From assembly GCA_963727775.1 (NCBI GenBank), contig CAVSHB010000001.1, positions 928,001 through 992,000 on the forward strand: 64,000 nt of DNA. Direction: 5' to 3'. The stretch comes from an uncultured Nitrospiraceae bacterium (GTDB lineage Bacteria > Nitrospirota > Thermodesulfovibrionia > Thermodesulfovibrionales > SM23-35). This document shows, one piece after another, positions 12,075 through 22,620 of the stretch (position 1 is the stretch's first letter; each line of letters begins with the position of its first letter). Both the position numbers and the translations under genes were made by a program. Under the pieces are notes generated by a model. That model saw nothing but the letters and a program-made list of their open reading frames with translations. It was not told where the DNA came from and did not search any database.

Positions 12075-13238
12075 ATGCTGAGGACTTTTAAAATAGAAAA
12101 ATTTCACGCGGGCATCGTTCCCGAATCGACATTGTTTAAGACATTAAAGTATCTTGATAAGGAAGATATCGAGACCCCGTTCCTCCTTATCGACGGCGAC
12201 AAGGTCAGAGAAAAAGCGTCCATGATCGGGAGACATATCAGGAATTCCAGAATGTTTTATGCCGTTAAGGCGAATCCCGATATCGGAATAATAAAGTTTC
12301 TCAACAAAGCGGGAGTCGGCTTTGAGATAGCATCCGAGGGAGAACTGGAAATACTTGCCTCAATAAACGTCGGACCGGAGAGGATTATATCGAGCAATCC
12401 CGTCAAGTCTTTGAAGTTTTTAAGAAAGGCCGCCTCTTATGGCGTGAATTATTTTGCGTTTGATTCGGAAGCCGAAATAGAGAAACTTGCGAAATACATT
12501 CCTTGGTGCAACGTTTATATCAGGCTTTCAGTCCCCAATGAAGGCAGTGAATGGCCGCTGAGCAAGAAATTCGGAGTAGAGCTTGATGAAGCTTTGACAC
12601 TTCTGTGCCGCGCAAGGGACAGGAGACTGAATCCTGTCGGTATTACATTTCACGTCGGTTCCCAGTGTACGAATATTTACAACTGGAATAATGCACTCGA
12701 TAAAGCAAAGATGCTATGGGATGAGGCGGAAAAGAAGGGGATAAAACTTGAGATTTTGAATATAGGCGGCGGATATCCCATAAACTATACCAAAAATGTG
12801 GTCGGCATCGAAGCAATAGAAAAGAATGTGAATACAAGAATTTATGATAGATTCCCGGAAGACACAAAGATATATATCGAGCCGGGCAGAGCGGTTGTGG
12901 GGGACGCAGGAATATTTGTGACAACCGTGATCGGTAAGGCCAAGAGAGAGGACAAAGACTGGCTATATATTGACGTGGGAGTCTTTAACGGGCTTATGGA
13001 AAGCGTCGGTGGAATTAAGTACAGTTATATTATTGAGGATTCAAAGCATACAAGACATAAGAAACAGTGGACAGTGGCAGGCCCGAGCTGTGACAGTTTT
13101 GATGTCATAGACCAGAATGTGACACTTCCCGAACCCCTTGTAGGCAACCTGGTACTTATTTTGTCAAGCGGCGCGTACACTGTCTCATATGCTTCGGAGT
13201 TTAACGGTTTTTCCATACCCAAAACGATTCTTATATAG
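12075..13238 (+). CDS. Fold-type III PLP decarboxylase (ornithine/lysine decarboxylase-like)
   Basis: FYAVKANP, FHVGSQC, NIGGGYP, EPGR, GPSCDSFD, GAYT. Confidence 0.9.
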   Translation: MLRTFKIEKFHAGIVPESTLFKTLKYLDKEDIETPFLLIDGDKVREKASMIGRHIRNSRMFYAVKANPDIGIIKFLNKAGVGFEIASEGELEILASINVGPERIISSNPVKSLKFLRKAASYGVNYFAFDSEAEIEKLAKYIPWCNVYIRLSVPNEGSEWPLSKKFGVELDEALTLLCRARDRRLNPVGITFHVGSQCTNIYNWNNALDKAKMLWDEAEKKGIKLEILNIGGGYPINYTKNVVGIEAIEKNVNTRIYDRFPEDTKIYIEPGRAVVGDAGIFVTTVIGKAKREDKDWLYIDVGVFNGLMESVGGIKYSYIIEDSKHTRHKKQWTVAGPSCDSFDVIDQNVTLPEPLVGNLVLILSSGAYTVSYASEFNGFSIPKTILI

Positions 13239-13251
13239 AGAAAGGACAAGA

Positions 13252-14091
13252 ATGATTAAATTTACTGAAAAGGCGCCCTACGCCCCGGTGGAATATTTAT
13301 ACGATGTCGAGGACATTCTTCATAAAAGCAAAAGCAAGTTTCAGGAAATTATGGTAATAAAGAACCCGTATTACGGCAAGATGCTCATCCTTGACGATGT
13401 CGTCCAGATAACCGAACGCGATGAATTCTTCTACCATGAAATGCTTACCCATGTCGCAATGCATGCGCATCCCAACCCCAGGAAGGTCATAGTTATCGGC
13501 GGCGGAGACGGCGGGGTCGTAAGAGAGGTTTTAAAACATGAAACTGTCGAGAAGGTATATTTTATAGAAATAGACGAGGAAGTTATCAATGTTTCAAAAA
13601 AGTTTTTCCCTGCGGTGTCCTCGGGGGTTGACGATCCCCGTGTCGAAATTAAGGTTATGGACGGAGCCGATTTTGTGGCTAAAGCAAAAGCCGACGATAT
13701 CGACGCAGTAATAATAGACTCTACGGATATTATCGGTTTTGCGAGAAGTCTTTTTACAACGGAATTTTTTGCAGCCGTAAAAAAGTGTCTTACCAGGGAA
13801 GGCCTGTTTGTTACGCATACAGAATCACTCCATTTTCATAAGGACATGGTCATAGAGATACAGGAGATACTGAAAAAGGTGTTCCCTATAGTCGACCTTT
13901 TCAGCGCTCCGATCGCAACATATCCCGGTAACTGGTGGGCGTTTGCGATTGCGTCGAAAGGTATTTCACCAAGGGACCTAATGCATGAATATAAGATAAG
14001 GACAAAATATTATAGCGACGAGATACATCGGCAGGCATTTATGCCCAAAGGCATGTATGAGAAACTGATGAATAAAGCCTTGGAGTGGTAA
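13252..14091 (+). CDS. speE: Polyamine aminopropyltransferase (spermidine synthase)
   Basis: DEFFYHEM, VIGGGDGG, IIDSTD; ATG at 13252 follows an AAGGA RBS. Confidence 0.92.
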   Translation: MIKFTEKAPYAPVEYLYDVEDILHKSKSKFQEIMVIKNPYYGKMLILDDVVQITERDEFFYHEMLTHVAMHAHPNPRKVIVIGGGDGGVVREVLKHETVEKVYFIEIDEEVINVSKKFFPAVSSGVDDPRVEIKVMDGADFVAKAKADDIDAVIIDSTDIIGFARSLFTTEFFAAVKKCLTREGLFVTHTESLHFHKDMVIEIQEILKKVFPIVDLFSAPIATYPGNWWAFAIASKGISPRDLMHEYKIRTKYYSDEIHRQAFMPKGMYEKLMNKALEW

Positions 14092-14155
14092 GTTCAGACA
14101 ATAGTGCAGCTTTGTGTTATATTAAATAATCAGGTTTTTAAGGAGGTCATTTGCA

Positions 14156-14416
14156 ATGCCCATATATGAGTATGAATGCTTTGATTGCGGAAGGCATCGT
14201 GAGGTAATTCAGAAGTTCAGTGATGAGCTGTTAAGTGTCTGTCCTGAATGCGGCGGGCATCTACATAAATTGATTTCCCATAATTCTTTTATCCTAAAAG
14301 GCACAGGATGGTACGTTACGGATTATGCTTCACAGGATCGGAAAAACACTACAAAGACTGAAGGTACCCCTGTGACGAAAGCCGAACCTAAGACAGAGAC
14401 TGCAGCCAAGAATTAA
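14156..14416 (+). CDS. FmdB family zinc-ribbon protein
   Basis: MPIYEYEC..C..CPECGG..FILKGTGWYVTDY. Confidence 0.9.
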   Translation: MPIYEYECFDCGRHREVIQKFSDELLSVCPECGGHLHKLISHNSFILKGTGWYVTDYASQDRKNTTKTEGTPVTKAEPKTETAAKN

Positions 14417-15171
14417 TGGTAAATCCTCATGTCCATGTTCCTTACCACAGGATAGGGGATTATCTTGGATTTATACAGGAAAACCGCATCGACCTCGAGA
14501 TATTTTTTTCTTCTCAGTCCCTTGACTGCGGCGGCAACGCCGGTATTTCAGGGCTCAAAGAAAGACTCGGTTACAATCCTTCTTTTACAATCCACGCGCC
14601 GTTTATGGACCTCTCGCCGGGTGCAGTCGACTCTAAGGTAAGGAAGATTACCCTTGAAAGATTTTCACATATCTTTGACATTGCGGAGATCCTGAGTCCC
14701 AAGGCGATTGTCTTCCATTCGGGATACGAGAAATGGAAATATGAGCTGAGGACCGACGTATGGCTTGAAAACAGTTTGAAGACCTGGGAAGTCTTAATTA
14801 AAAGGGCTGTTGATTTGGGTGTGAAGATAGCCATCGAGAATATTTTTGAGGATGACCCTGACAACCTCAGACTTCTCATGGAGGCGATGGTCTCCGAATA
14901 TTTCGGAATCTGCTTTGATACGGGCCACTTCAATCTGTTTTCAAAAATACCTCTCAAGGAATGGCTTGAGCAGCTGAAGCCTTATATAATCGAACTGCAC
15001 CTTCATGATAACAATAAAGCCTTTGATGAGCACATTGCCATAGGCGACGGCACATTCGACTTTGCTGAGCTTTTTTCGTATTTGAAGGATAAAGACCTGA
15101 TTTATACCATTGAAGGCCATACACCTGAGGATGTTCTGAAGAGCATTGAAAGGTTAAAGTCTTATTTCTGA
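14416..15171 (+). CDS. Sugar phosphate isomerase/epimerase (AP endonuclease 2-like TIM barrel)
   Basis: HAPF, IENI, DTGH, HLHDN..DEH..G.G motifs. Confidence 0.85.
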   Translation: MVNPHVHVPYHRIGDYLGFIQENRIDLEIFFSSQSLDCGGNAGISGLKERLGYNPSFTIHAPFMDLSPGAVDSKVRKITLERFSHIFDIAEILSPKAIVFHSGYEKWKYELRTDVWLENSLKTWEVLIKRAVDLGVKIAIENIFEDDPDNLRLLMEAMVSEYFGICFDTGHFNLFSKIPLKEWLEQLKPYIIELHLHDNNKAFDEHIAIGDGTFDFAELFSYLKDKDLIYTIEGHTPEDVLKSIERLKSYF

Positions 15172-15278
15172 TTCTTCATTGCTCTGCATGATATAATTGT
15201 GCTGAATATACATTTAAATTGATAGTAATGATCCGCCGGAGGTAGATAAACTGGACTACTTGGAACAATGAGACCCTT

Positions 15279-16312
15279 ATGAGGGGAATTCTACGAATCG
15301 CATACAAACTGCTTGTAAACGACAAAGGCAAATTCGTTGCTTTGCTCGTCGGAATAACCTTTGCTGTCTTTTTGATGGTTATGATGACTTCGATGTTTTC
15401 CGGCATATTATACAGATCATCATCCACTGTAATAAACATCGGAGCCAAGATTTGGGTCATGGATCCGGCGGTGAATAATGTTGCAAACACAATACCTATC
15501 AATCAGTAACTATCGTTGGGTTGGACGATACCAGTCTATTCGGCAGGCCGGAACTCATAGAAGGAAAAATTGAGGATATCTATGCAGAAAACGCTTTTAT
15601 AGTAGTTAAGGATTCGGAATACCCCAAACTTGATAATCCGAAGATCGGAACGGAATTCGAGCTAAATGACCACAGGGGAGTCATCACAGGTATCGCCAAA
15701 GCCGTTACAGGCGGATTATTCGGAACACCTACACTTTATACCACATATAAGAGAGCCCTTCAATACATACCTTCCACGAGATATACCATTTCATACGTTC
15801 TGGTAGAACCCAAGAGCGATGATGCAGTGCAATACATTAAACAGCAAGTGAGTTCGCTTGGGTATCTGGCGTTGACGGCAGATGAATTCAAGCAGAGAAT
15901 CTCTAATTTTTATAAATACCAGACAGGCGTTGGAACTAATGTTCTCATAATGACCATAATAAGTTTTATCGTGGGCTTATCTATTTCCCGGCAGACCTTT
16001 CATACATTTATCCAGGAGAACCTTGATAAATTCGGGGCTCTAAAAGCGATCGGGGCCAAAGGAAAAGAGCTTGTCTATATGATATTATTTCAGGCGACGC
16101 TTACGGCCCTCATCGGTTATGGATTGGGTATCGGACTGGCTTCCCTCTTGATAGCCCTGGCGAAACTCAGGTTGCCCAGCTACGCAGCCAAAATAGCCTA
16201 TACAAATCTCGGGCTCGCTTTTATCATGGTACTTATAATAGCCGGCATTTCGAGTTATATCGGAGTAAGAAAGGTTATCAAGATAGAGCCTTTCGATATT
16301 TTCAGAGGGTAA
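15279..16312 (+). pseudogene. ABC exporter permease (FtsX/MacB-like), internal deletion and frameshift near 15500
   Basis: The N part ends NTIPINQ*; another frame resumes TYQSVTIVGLDD; FGALKAIGA motif. Confidence 0.8.
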
Positions 16313-16313
16313 T

Positions 16314-17551
16314 ATGGTTAATCTGGCAGTTAAAGCAAATGAATTGGTTAAATGGTTTGGGGAAGGAGAAGCCAGAACATATGCCGTGAGAGAGGTAAGT
16401 TTTGAAGCCTACTTTGGGGAAATGCTGTATATTGAAGGGCCGTCAGGCAGCGGCAAGACAACTTTGCTGAGCATGATCTCGGAAATTCTCAGACCCAATT
16501 CGGGCAATGTAGTGGTAGATAATAAAGATATCTGGAGTTTGACGAGTGATCAAATTGCCGATTTCAGATTGCATACGGTAGGATTCGTGTTTCAGGATTA
16601 TCATCTCTTTCCACGGCTGACCACGGTCGAGAATGTAGCAATTCCCCTGATTCTGAAAAAGCTCGACTGGGACGAAGCCATAAAAATCGCTATGGAGTAT
16701 CTGGAAATAGTAGGGCTTAAAGAAAGAGCATACCTTACTCCAGTCAAGTTAAGCGGAGGGGAGCAGCAGCGGGTGGCGATTGCGAGAGCCATCGCCAGTC
16801 GTCCTGATATTTTGATATTGGATGAACTCAAGGCCCAGCCCAGAAAAGAGACTCTTGAAATTGCAAAAGCCCAGGTAGAGTCTGCGAGCGCAAGCCTCAA
16901 AAGCGCGCAGGATCAACTGGATAAGCATATGAACTGAACCCGAAATCGGTGAGTAAGGACGCTTTGGATAACGCAGAAAATGCGTTCAAAGTGGCAAAAG
17001 CAAACCTTGAAATTGTCCGTAAGCAATACGAACTCACCAAAGCCGGGGCCTGGATTTATGATATAAAAAACCAGGAAAATCAGTATGCTGCGTTGTTAAA
17101 AGCCTACACTGCATCAAATGCGCTACTGTACAAATATACCGTAAGAGCGCCAATTGATGGAGCAGTTTTGGCGATAAATATAGCGGTAGGTAACTATATA
17201 TCTTCACAAGGGGCATATGATACTTACACACAAGGATTGGCCCCTGTCATCGTAATGGGCAGTTCTGAAAACTTAATAGGAGTCAGATGTTATATTGATG
17301 AAATACTGTTGCACAGACTGCCTCAAGGAACACAAATGAAGGCGCAAATGTTCATTCGGGGTACGAATATCAGCATTCCTCTGGAATATGTGCGGGTACA
17401 ACCCTATGTATCGCCTAAAATTGAATTGTCGAACCAGAGGACTGAAAGGGTAGACCAAAGAGTATTGCCGGTAATATTCAGGTTTAAAAAGTCGAAAGAT
17501 ATTCAGCTCTATCCCGGCCAATTGGTGGATGTGTATATTGCAGAGAAATAA
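16314..17551 (+). pseudogene. ABC ATPase fused by deletion to a membrane-fusion (HlyD-like) protein remnant
   Basis: Walker A GPSGSGKT and LSGGEQQR are present. After the Walker B ILDE the sequence switches to the coiled coil LKAQPRKE. There is a frameshift near 16927, then VRAPIDG..LYPGQLVDV. Confidence 0.8.
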
Positions 17552-17782
17552 TATGCTCAGTCGCAAGCATTAAAAGCATCAGAAGAAGCGCTGCGACTAA
17601 TCCAGACAAATTATGAGGCCGGCACCGCCGGCTATCTGCAGGTGCTTGTTGCAGATAATCAGTACCATCAGGCGAAGATAGGCTATCTCCAGGCACTGGC
17701 CCAGCGCTTTCAAGACACTGTCGCATTTTTTGTTGTTCTTGGTGGTGGCTGGTGGAACATTAATGAAATAGTCACAAAGTGA
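17552..17782 (+). pseudogene. C-terminal remnant of an outer-membrane efflux lipoprotein (NodT/OprM-like)
   Basis: The frame reads ..YEAGTAGYLQVLVAD..DTVAFFVVLGGGWWN..* with no N-terminal part. Confidence 0.75.
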
Positions 17783-17854
17783 TACGTCAGAGGACGCGTT
17801 GTGTTTGCAATAATTTCATGACATATTGTCCAGAAGCGCCGGTTGTTGAGTTAA

Positions 17855-18973
17855 TTACAAAGTATCTTTCTGATTCTTCATGGCAAACCCTCTGAGTGAG
17901 GGGCTGCCTTTGCCTTTATATTGGACCATAACCTTGTGTGTTTCACCGAGGGTCCCGGGGAATATCAATCTCTTTATTTTCGAAACTTCGAAAAGATAAT
18001 CAACGGAATCAGAATAGAGTTCCTGAATGAGCTCATCTATACCAAGGGAAATTAAAAAAGTGCCTTGCCGGCAAAAACCGATGGTCATGATCCCGAGGTC
18101 TTCTCCCCATTTCTTTACCGACGAAAAATTGACATGTGCAGTAATATCCTGTTCCCCGATATTGCGATATGGGTCTTCAGTCGCTTGGTGTTTGAAATAG
18201 CACAGCAGTGTTCCCCGGTTTCTGTCTTCGCTGTAGTAATCCCATGAGGGGAACCCATAGTCTATCGTAAATATAAACCCCTCCGATAAAATCTTGTCGG
18301 CTGACCTTATCCAGTCCCTGACCCTCAGATTAATCTCGGTCCGGTAACCTTTGGGAAGGTTTATGGAAAATTCATCCAGATAACCTTTCAATTCAAAAGT
18401 CCGTGGTCGCGCCTTCGTCTCGTAAAACGAACCGTTCTGAATATTTATATAAACCTCTTTAAGTTCTTCTTCCATCTCGACAAGATGCACGGGAAATGCA
18501 TCCAGGAGCTCATTTGAAAGGATACAGCCTTTTATCGCATTTAGTTTTGTCAGAGAGGAAACCCATTTCACTTTGCCGGAATATTTGTCGAGTAATTTTT
18601 CCTGCCTGTTCTGCATGAACGGATTCAGTTCAACAATTACATAAATCAATGAACGAAAAATCTCTCTCTGGTGAAGATAATTCAGGATGTCCATGCATAA
18701 GATCCCGGCGCCTGCACCAGGTTCAACAGCGAAAAACTCCTGAGGTCTGCCCATGATCTCCCACATCTCTTCGAGTTGCTTTCCTATCATTGCTCCGAAC
18801 GCGGGGTGAAGATGCTGGCTTGTATAAAAATCGCCTGCTTTGCCTATCTCGGTGCCGGCCGATGTGTAATATCCGAACTCCGGATCATAGAGCGCCATCT
18901 CCATGAAGGTATCAAAAGTAATCGGACCTTCATTTTTTATTTTTTCTGCTATTTTTTGCTCAATAGGATTCAT
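17855..18973 (-). CDS. SAM-dependent methyltransferase, MidA/NDUFAF7 family
   Basis: FMEMALY..GYY..GDFYTS, SNELLDAFP, IDYG, QDITAHVNF. Confidence 0.9.
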   Translation of the reverse strand: MNPIEQKIAEKIKNEGPITFDTFMEMALYDPEFGYYTSAGTEIGKAGDFYTSQHLHPAFGAMIGKQLEEMWEIMGRPQEFFAVEPGAGAGILCMDILNYLHQREIFRSLIYVIVELNPFMQNRQEKLLDKYSGKVKWVSSLTKLNAIKGCILSNELLDAFPVHLVEMEEELKEVYINIQNGSFYETKARPRTFELKGYLDEFSINLPKGYRTEINLRVRDWIRSADKILSEGFIFTIDYGFPSWDYYSEDRNRGTLLCYFKHQATEDPYRNIGEQDITAHVNFSSVKKWGEDLGIMTIGFCRQGTFLISLGIDELIQELYSDSVDYLFEVSKIKRLIFPGTLGETHKVMVQYKGKGSPSLRGFAMKNQKDTL

Positions 18974-19109
18974 GATTTATTATATTCCAAAATTAATCCA
19001 TTCAATAAATAGTTTAATCGATAAGCAATAGGATAGTTAATCTAAAAAAGCATGAAATTGCTGATTTTCTCAAAACATGCATGAAAAAAAGTAGCCCCCA
19101 AAAACATTC

Positions 19110-19138
19110 TTGACAATTTTTATCGGCAGGAATAAATT
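19110..19138 (+). promoter_or_regulatory. Sigma70-type promoter of the riboswitch-kimA transcript
   Basis: TTGACA-N17-TAAATT just upstream of the riboswitch. Confidence 0.6.
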
Positions 19139-19144
19139 ATAACC

Positions 19145-19280
19145 AAATAGCAGCCGAGATCCATTCAAGGAATGGATGCGGGGGACCCAAAGTATGGGGC
19201 GTATTTCCCGGGAAGTCCGGGGATAGGGTACTTTCAAACCCGAGTCCGACAGCTAACCTCGCAGGCATTTGAAAGGGCAA
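19145..19280 (+). ncRNA. c-di-AMP (ydaO/yuaA) riboswitch
   Basis: Conserved blocks in order: gccgagatcc..gga..cgggggaccca..ggggcgtat..tagggt..cccgagtccgacagctaacctcgcaggc; lies upstream of a KimA homologue. Confidence 0.9.
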
Positions 19281-19292
19281 TAGACAGAAATT

Positions 19293-19323
19293 AAACCGCT
19301 GCCCTGCCGGCGGTTTTTATTTT
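19293..19323 (+). terminator. Intrinsic terminator (riboswitch expression platform)
   Basis: AAACCGCTG-loop-CGGCGGTTT stem followed by a T tract. Confidence 0.8.
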
Positions 19324-19357
19324 CTCCTCTATCTTGCCCTCAAAGGAGAGAATAGAA

Positions 19358-21169
19358 ATGTCGCTTAAAAGAATTCTTATCGGCACTCCCATTGAATCAG
19401 TAAAAGAAAAACATGAGCGTCTCTCAAGGGTAACGGGCCTTGCCGTTTTTTCATCAGATGCTCTCTCATCGGTAGCATATGGAACTGAGGAGATACTCTT
19501 TGCTCTTATCATAGGTGGTACAGCTTTGCTTCATTATGCTTTACCGGTTGCTTTAGGTATTATCATCCTTGTTGCAATCGTTGCCACATCATACTTTCAA
19601 ACCATCCATGCATATCCGTCCGGTGGCGGAGCGTATATTGTCGCAAAAGATAACCTTGGGACTTATCCCGGTCTCATCGCAGGAGCTGCGCTGCTTATTG
19701 ACTATGTCCTTACCGTTACTGTCAGTGTCTCGGCAGGTATAGCAGCACTTACATCGGCATTCCCTGCGCTTCATACCCATACAGTTCTCATGTGTATGAT
19801 TGCCGTGCTGTTTATCATGGTAGTAAATCTGAGAGGAGTGAAAGAATCAGGCAAACTATTTTCAATCCCGGTTTATATTTTTATAGGAAGTCTACTCCTT
19901 TTAATAGCGGAAGGTTTTATCAAAAAAATGTCTGTACCTCATCCGTCTTTTACAGCTTATGGTGAGGCAACTACAAATATAGTGCCTGTTTTCATTATAT
20001 TGAAGGCATTTGCCTCCGGTTGCGCTACACTGACCGGTATAGAAGCCGTATCGAACGGTGTCAGGGCATTCAAAGCCCCGGAGGCAAAAAACGCAGGCAT
20101 TACTTTGATGTGGATGGCAATAATATTAGGGTTGCTTACTCTCGGTATAGCTTATTTTGCGGATTATTACAAGATTCTGCCCAATGAAAACGAAACAGTG
20201 CTTTCACAGATTGCGAGGACTATTTTTTCAAAAGGCGTTATCTATTACATAATCCAATTTGCAACCACTCTCATACTCATTCTTGCTGCAAACACTTCTT
20301 TTGCAGATTTCCCGAGACTCTCTTCGATAATGGCGGTCGACCGTTATCTCCCGAGACAGTTGAGTAATCGCGGGGACAAACTCGTGTTCTCAAACGGCAT
20401 ACTTATATTGGGTTTCCTTTCAGCATTGTTAATTGTGATATTCAGGGGGGACACCCATACCCTGATCCCTCTTTATGCGGTCGGAGTTTTCACGGCCTTT
20501 ACTCTATCGCAAGCGGGTATGGTCAAACACTGGCTTTCCTATAAAGGGGAGGGATGGGTCAAGGGCATTCTGATAAACGGCGTCGGCACTGTTACGACAG
20601 CCGTTGTTCTTGTGATAATCGCTGTTGAAAAGTTTACTCACGGAGCATGGATAGTGCTTATAGCGATACCTGCTCTCGTACTTTTGACCAAGAAGATACA
20701 CAACCATTACCTCGCTATGGCGGAACAACTCTCCTTGCAATGCGCGACTGATATTAATGAGTACGAGCACCATTCCGTCATTGTCCCCATATCCGGTATG
20801 CAGCAAGCAGTAATAGGGGCCATTAAATATGCGAAGGCCCTTTCTGACGACGTGGCAGCGGTGTATGTATGTATCGACCCGGTAGAGACGGATAAGGTAA
20901 GAACAAAGTGGAACAAATTCTGTATGGGCGCTCCATTGATTGTCCTTGACTCTCCTTACCGTTCGATAATAGAACCGTTGGTGGACTATATAGACGAGGT
21001 ACGGAACAGGTATAAGGATGGCGTTATTACAGTAGTGCTCCCCGAGTTTGTACCGTCAAAATGGTGGCACCACCTCCTGCATAACCAGACGGCCTTGTTT
21101 ATGAAGGGTGTTTTACTGTTCAAGAAAGGAGTGGTATCCACAAGTGTCCCATTTCATTTAAGGAAATAA
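19358..21169 (+). CDS. kimA: APC family K+/H+ symporter KimA (YdaO-like)
   Basis: SSDALSSVAYGTEE, AYPSGGGAY, LTGIEAVSNG, C-terminal LPEFVP..WW..LLHNQ; ATG at 19358. Confidence 0.88.
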   Translation: MSLKRILIGTPIESVKEKHERLSRVTGLAVFSSDALSSVAYGTEEILFALIIGGTALLHYALPVALGIIILVAIVATSYFQTIHAYPSGGGAYIVAKDNLGTYPGLIAGAALLIDYVLTVTVSVSAGIAALTSAFPALHTHTVLMCMIAVLFIMVVNLRGVKESGKLFSIPVYIFIGSLLLLIAEGFIKKMSVPHPSFTAYGEATTNIVPVFIILKAFASGCATLTGIEAVSNGVRAFKAPEAKNAGITLMWMAIILGLLTLGIAYFADYYKILPNENETVLSQIARTIFSKGVIYYIIQFATTLILILAANTSFADFPRLSSIMAVDRYLPRQLSNRGDKLVFSNGILILGFLSALLIVIFRGDTHTLIPLYAVGVFTAFTLSQAGMVKHWLSYKGEGWVKGILINGVGTVTTAVVLVIIAVEKFTHGAWIVLIAIPALVLLTKKIHNHYLAMAEQLSLQCATDINEYEHHSVIVPISGMQQAVIGAIKYAKALSDDVAAVYVCIDPVETDKVRTKWNKFCMGAPLIVLDSPYRSIIEPLVDYIDEVRNRYKDGVITVVLPEFVPSKWWHHLLHNQTALFMKGVLLFKKGVVSTSVPFHLRK

Positions 21170-21184
21170 ATGGTCATCTAACCC

Positions 21185-21844
21185 TTATTGTGTTTCTTCT
21201 GCTATTTTCCCGTTCTGTATCAACAAAAGCCTGTCCGCCAGTCTTTCCGCCTGGGCCATATCGTGGGTAGTGATAATAACAATCGATCCCTGGTCCTTTT
21301 TCATTTTAAGGATGATCTTTTCTATCGCCTCTGTATTGTTTTGATCAACAGACGCTGTCGGCTCATCCAGAAAGATTATTTCAGGCCCGATGACTATTGC
21401 TCTGGCAATACCGAGTCTCTGCGTCTCACCGCTCGAAAGCGTCAGCGCTTTTTGGTTTGTTTTATGGTCCAGACCGACAAAATCCAATGCCTTATTTACT
21501 TTGTGTTCTATGTCTTTTCGATTCACACCTCTTATATTCAGTCCGTAGGCGACATTTCCATAGACCGTCGTGTTGAAGACCCCGATCCTCGGCAGGAGGA
21601 GGGTCATCCGTCGTTTCAGTTCCATATCTTTTTTTATGAGATGCCCGTTGGAAGAAAAGCTGATCTCACCCTTATCGGGTTCTTCAATTAGTGAACAGAT
21701 CCTTAAAAATGTAGATTTGCCGGACCCGTTCCGACCCGTGAGGACATAGATCCCGCTTTTATCAAAGGAGAAAGAACATCCCTTCAAGACAGGTCCGCTA
21801 TTGTAACTCTTAAAGACCTCTGAGACCACCAGTTCCAGGCTCAT
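21185..21844 (-). CDS. tupC: Tungstate ABC transporter ATPase
   Basis: GRNGSGKST, LSSGETQR, LDEPT; downstream of tupB. Confidence 0.82.
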   Translation of the reverse strand: MSLELVVSEVFKSYNSGPVLKGCSFSFDKSGIYVLTGRNGSGKSTFLRICSLIEEPDKGEISFSSNGHLIKKDMELKRRMTLLLPRIGVFNTTVYGNVAYGLNIRGVNRKDIEHKVNKALDFVGLDHKTNQKALTLSSGETQRLGIARAIVIGPEIIFLDEPTASVDQNNTEAIEKIILKMKKDQGSIVIITTHDMAQAERLADRLLLIQNGKIAEETQ

Positions 21845-22548
21845 GCAGTTGTTCTTGAAATCCCCTTTCGCTGAGTTGTGAAAATGACGGCGTTGATCAT
21901 CAACGAAATGAGTAAGAGTATGATCCCGAGCGCCAGAGCGAGTTCAAAATTACCCTTGTCTGTTTCGAGGGCGATGGTTGTGGTCATAACCCTGGTATAA
22001 CCCGCAATATTTCCGCCGACGATGAGTATGGCTCCGACTTCCGCCATTACCCTTCCGAACCCGGCGATGATACCTGAGATTATCCCGTATCTTGCCTCTT
22101 TGACTATCGTAATCGCTTTCTGATAGGTTGTTGCTCCGAGCGTGAGTGACGCCTGAGCTATTATAGGGTCTACGTTCACGACCGCTGAGTGGCACAGGGA
22201 AGCGACGATAGGGAATGCAAGGACCGTTTGGGCCATGATCATCGCAGAGGGGGTATAGAGCAATGACAGAAAGCCGAAAGGCCCGCTCCTTGACAGCATA
22301 AGATAAAGAAATAGCCCGACGACAACAGGCGGCAGTCCCATAAAGGTGTTCAATACGCTGATAATGAAGCCCCTCCCGGGAAATTTCTTTAACCCGATAA
22401 CAGACCCTGCCGGAATAGCTATGACCGATGCAATGACCAAGGCTGTCCCGGAGACTTGAAGCGAGAGAAATATAATGCCCAGAAGCTCCCTATCCAGGTT
22501 GAAGATCAGTAGAAATGCTTTTGTAAAACTCTCGATAATTGTATCCAT
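21841..22548 (-). CDS. tupB: Tungstate ABC transporter permease
   Basis: MGLPPVVVGL..SRSGP.G, EVGA..VGGNI...TR.MTT. Confidence 0.9.
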   Translation of the reverse strand: MDTIIESFTKAFLLIFNLDRELLGIIFLSLQVSGTALVIASVIAIPAGSVIGLKKFPGRGFIISVLNTFMGLPPVVVGLFLYLMLSRSGPFGFLSLLYTPSAMIMAQTVLAFPIVASLCHSAVVNVDPIIAQASLTLGATTYQKAITIVKEARYGIISGIIAGFGRVMAEVGAILIVGGNIAGYTRVMTTTIALETDKGNFELALALGIILLLISLMINAVIFTTQRKGISRTTA

Positions 22549-22620
22549 AAAAAAGAATTTAGCGGCCGACTGTGAAAAACATTACCTGCCCCGGTCCAAT
22601 GCGACGTGAAGGACAACATT

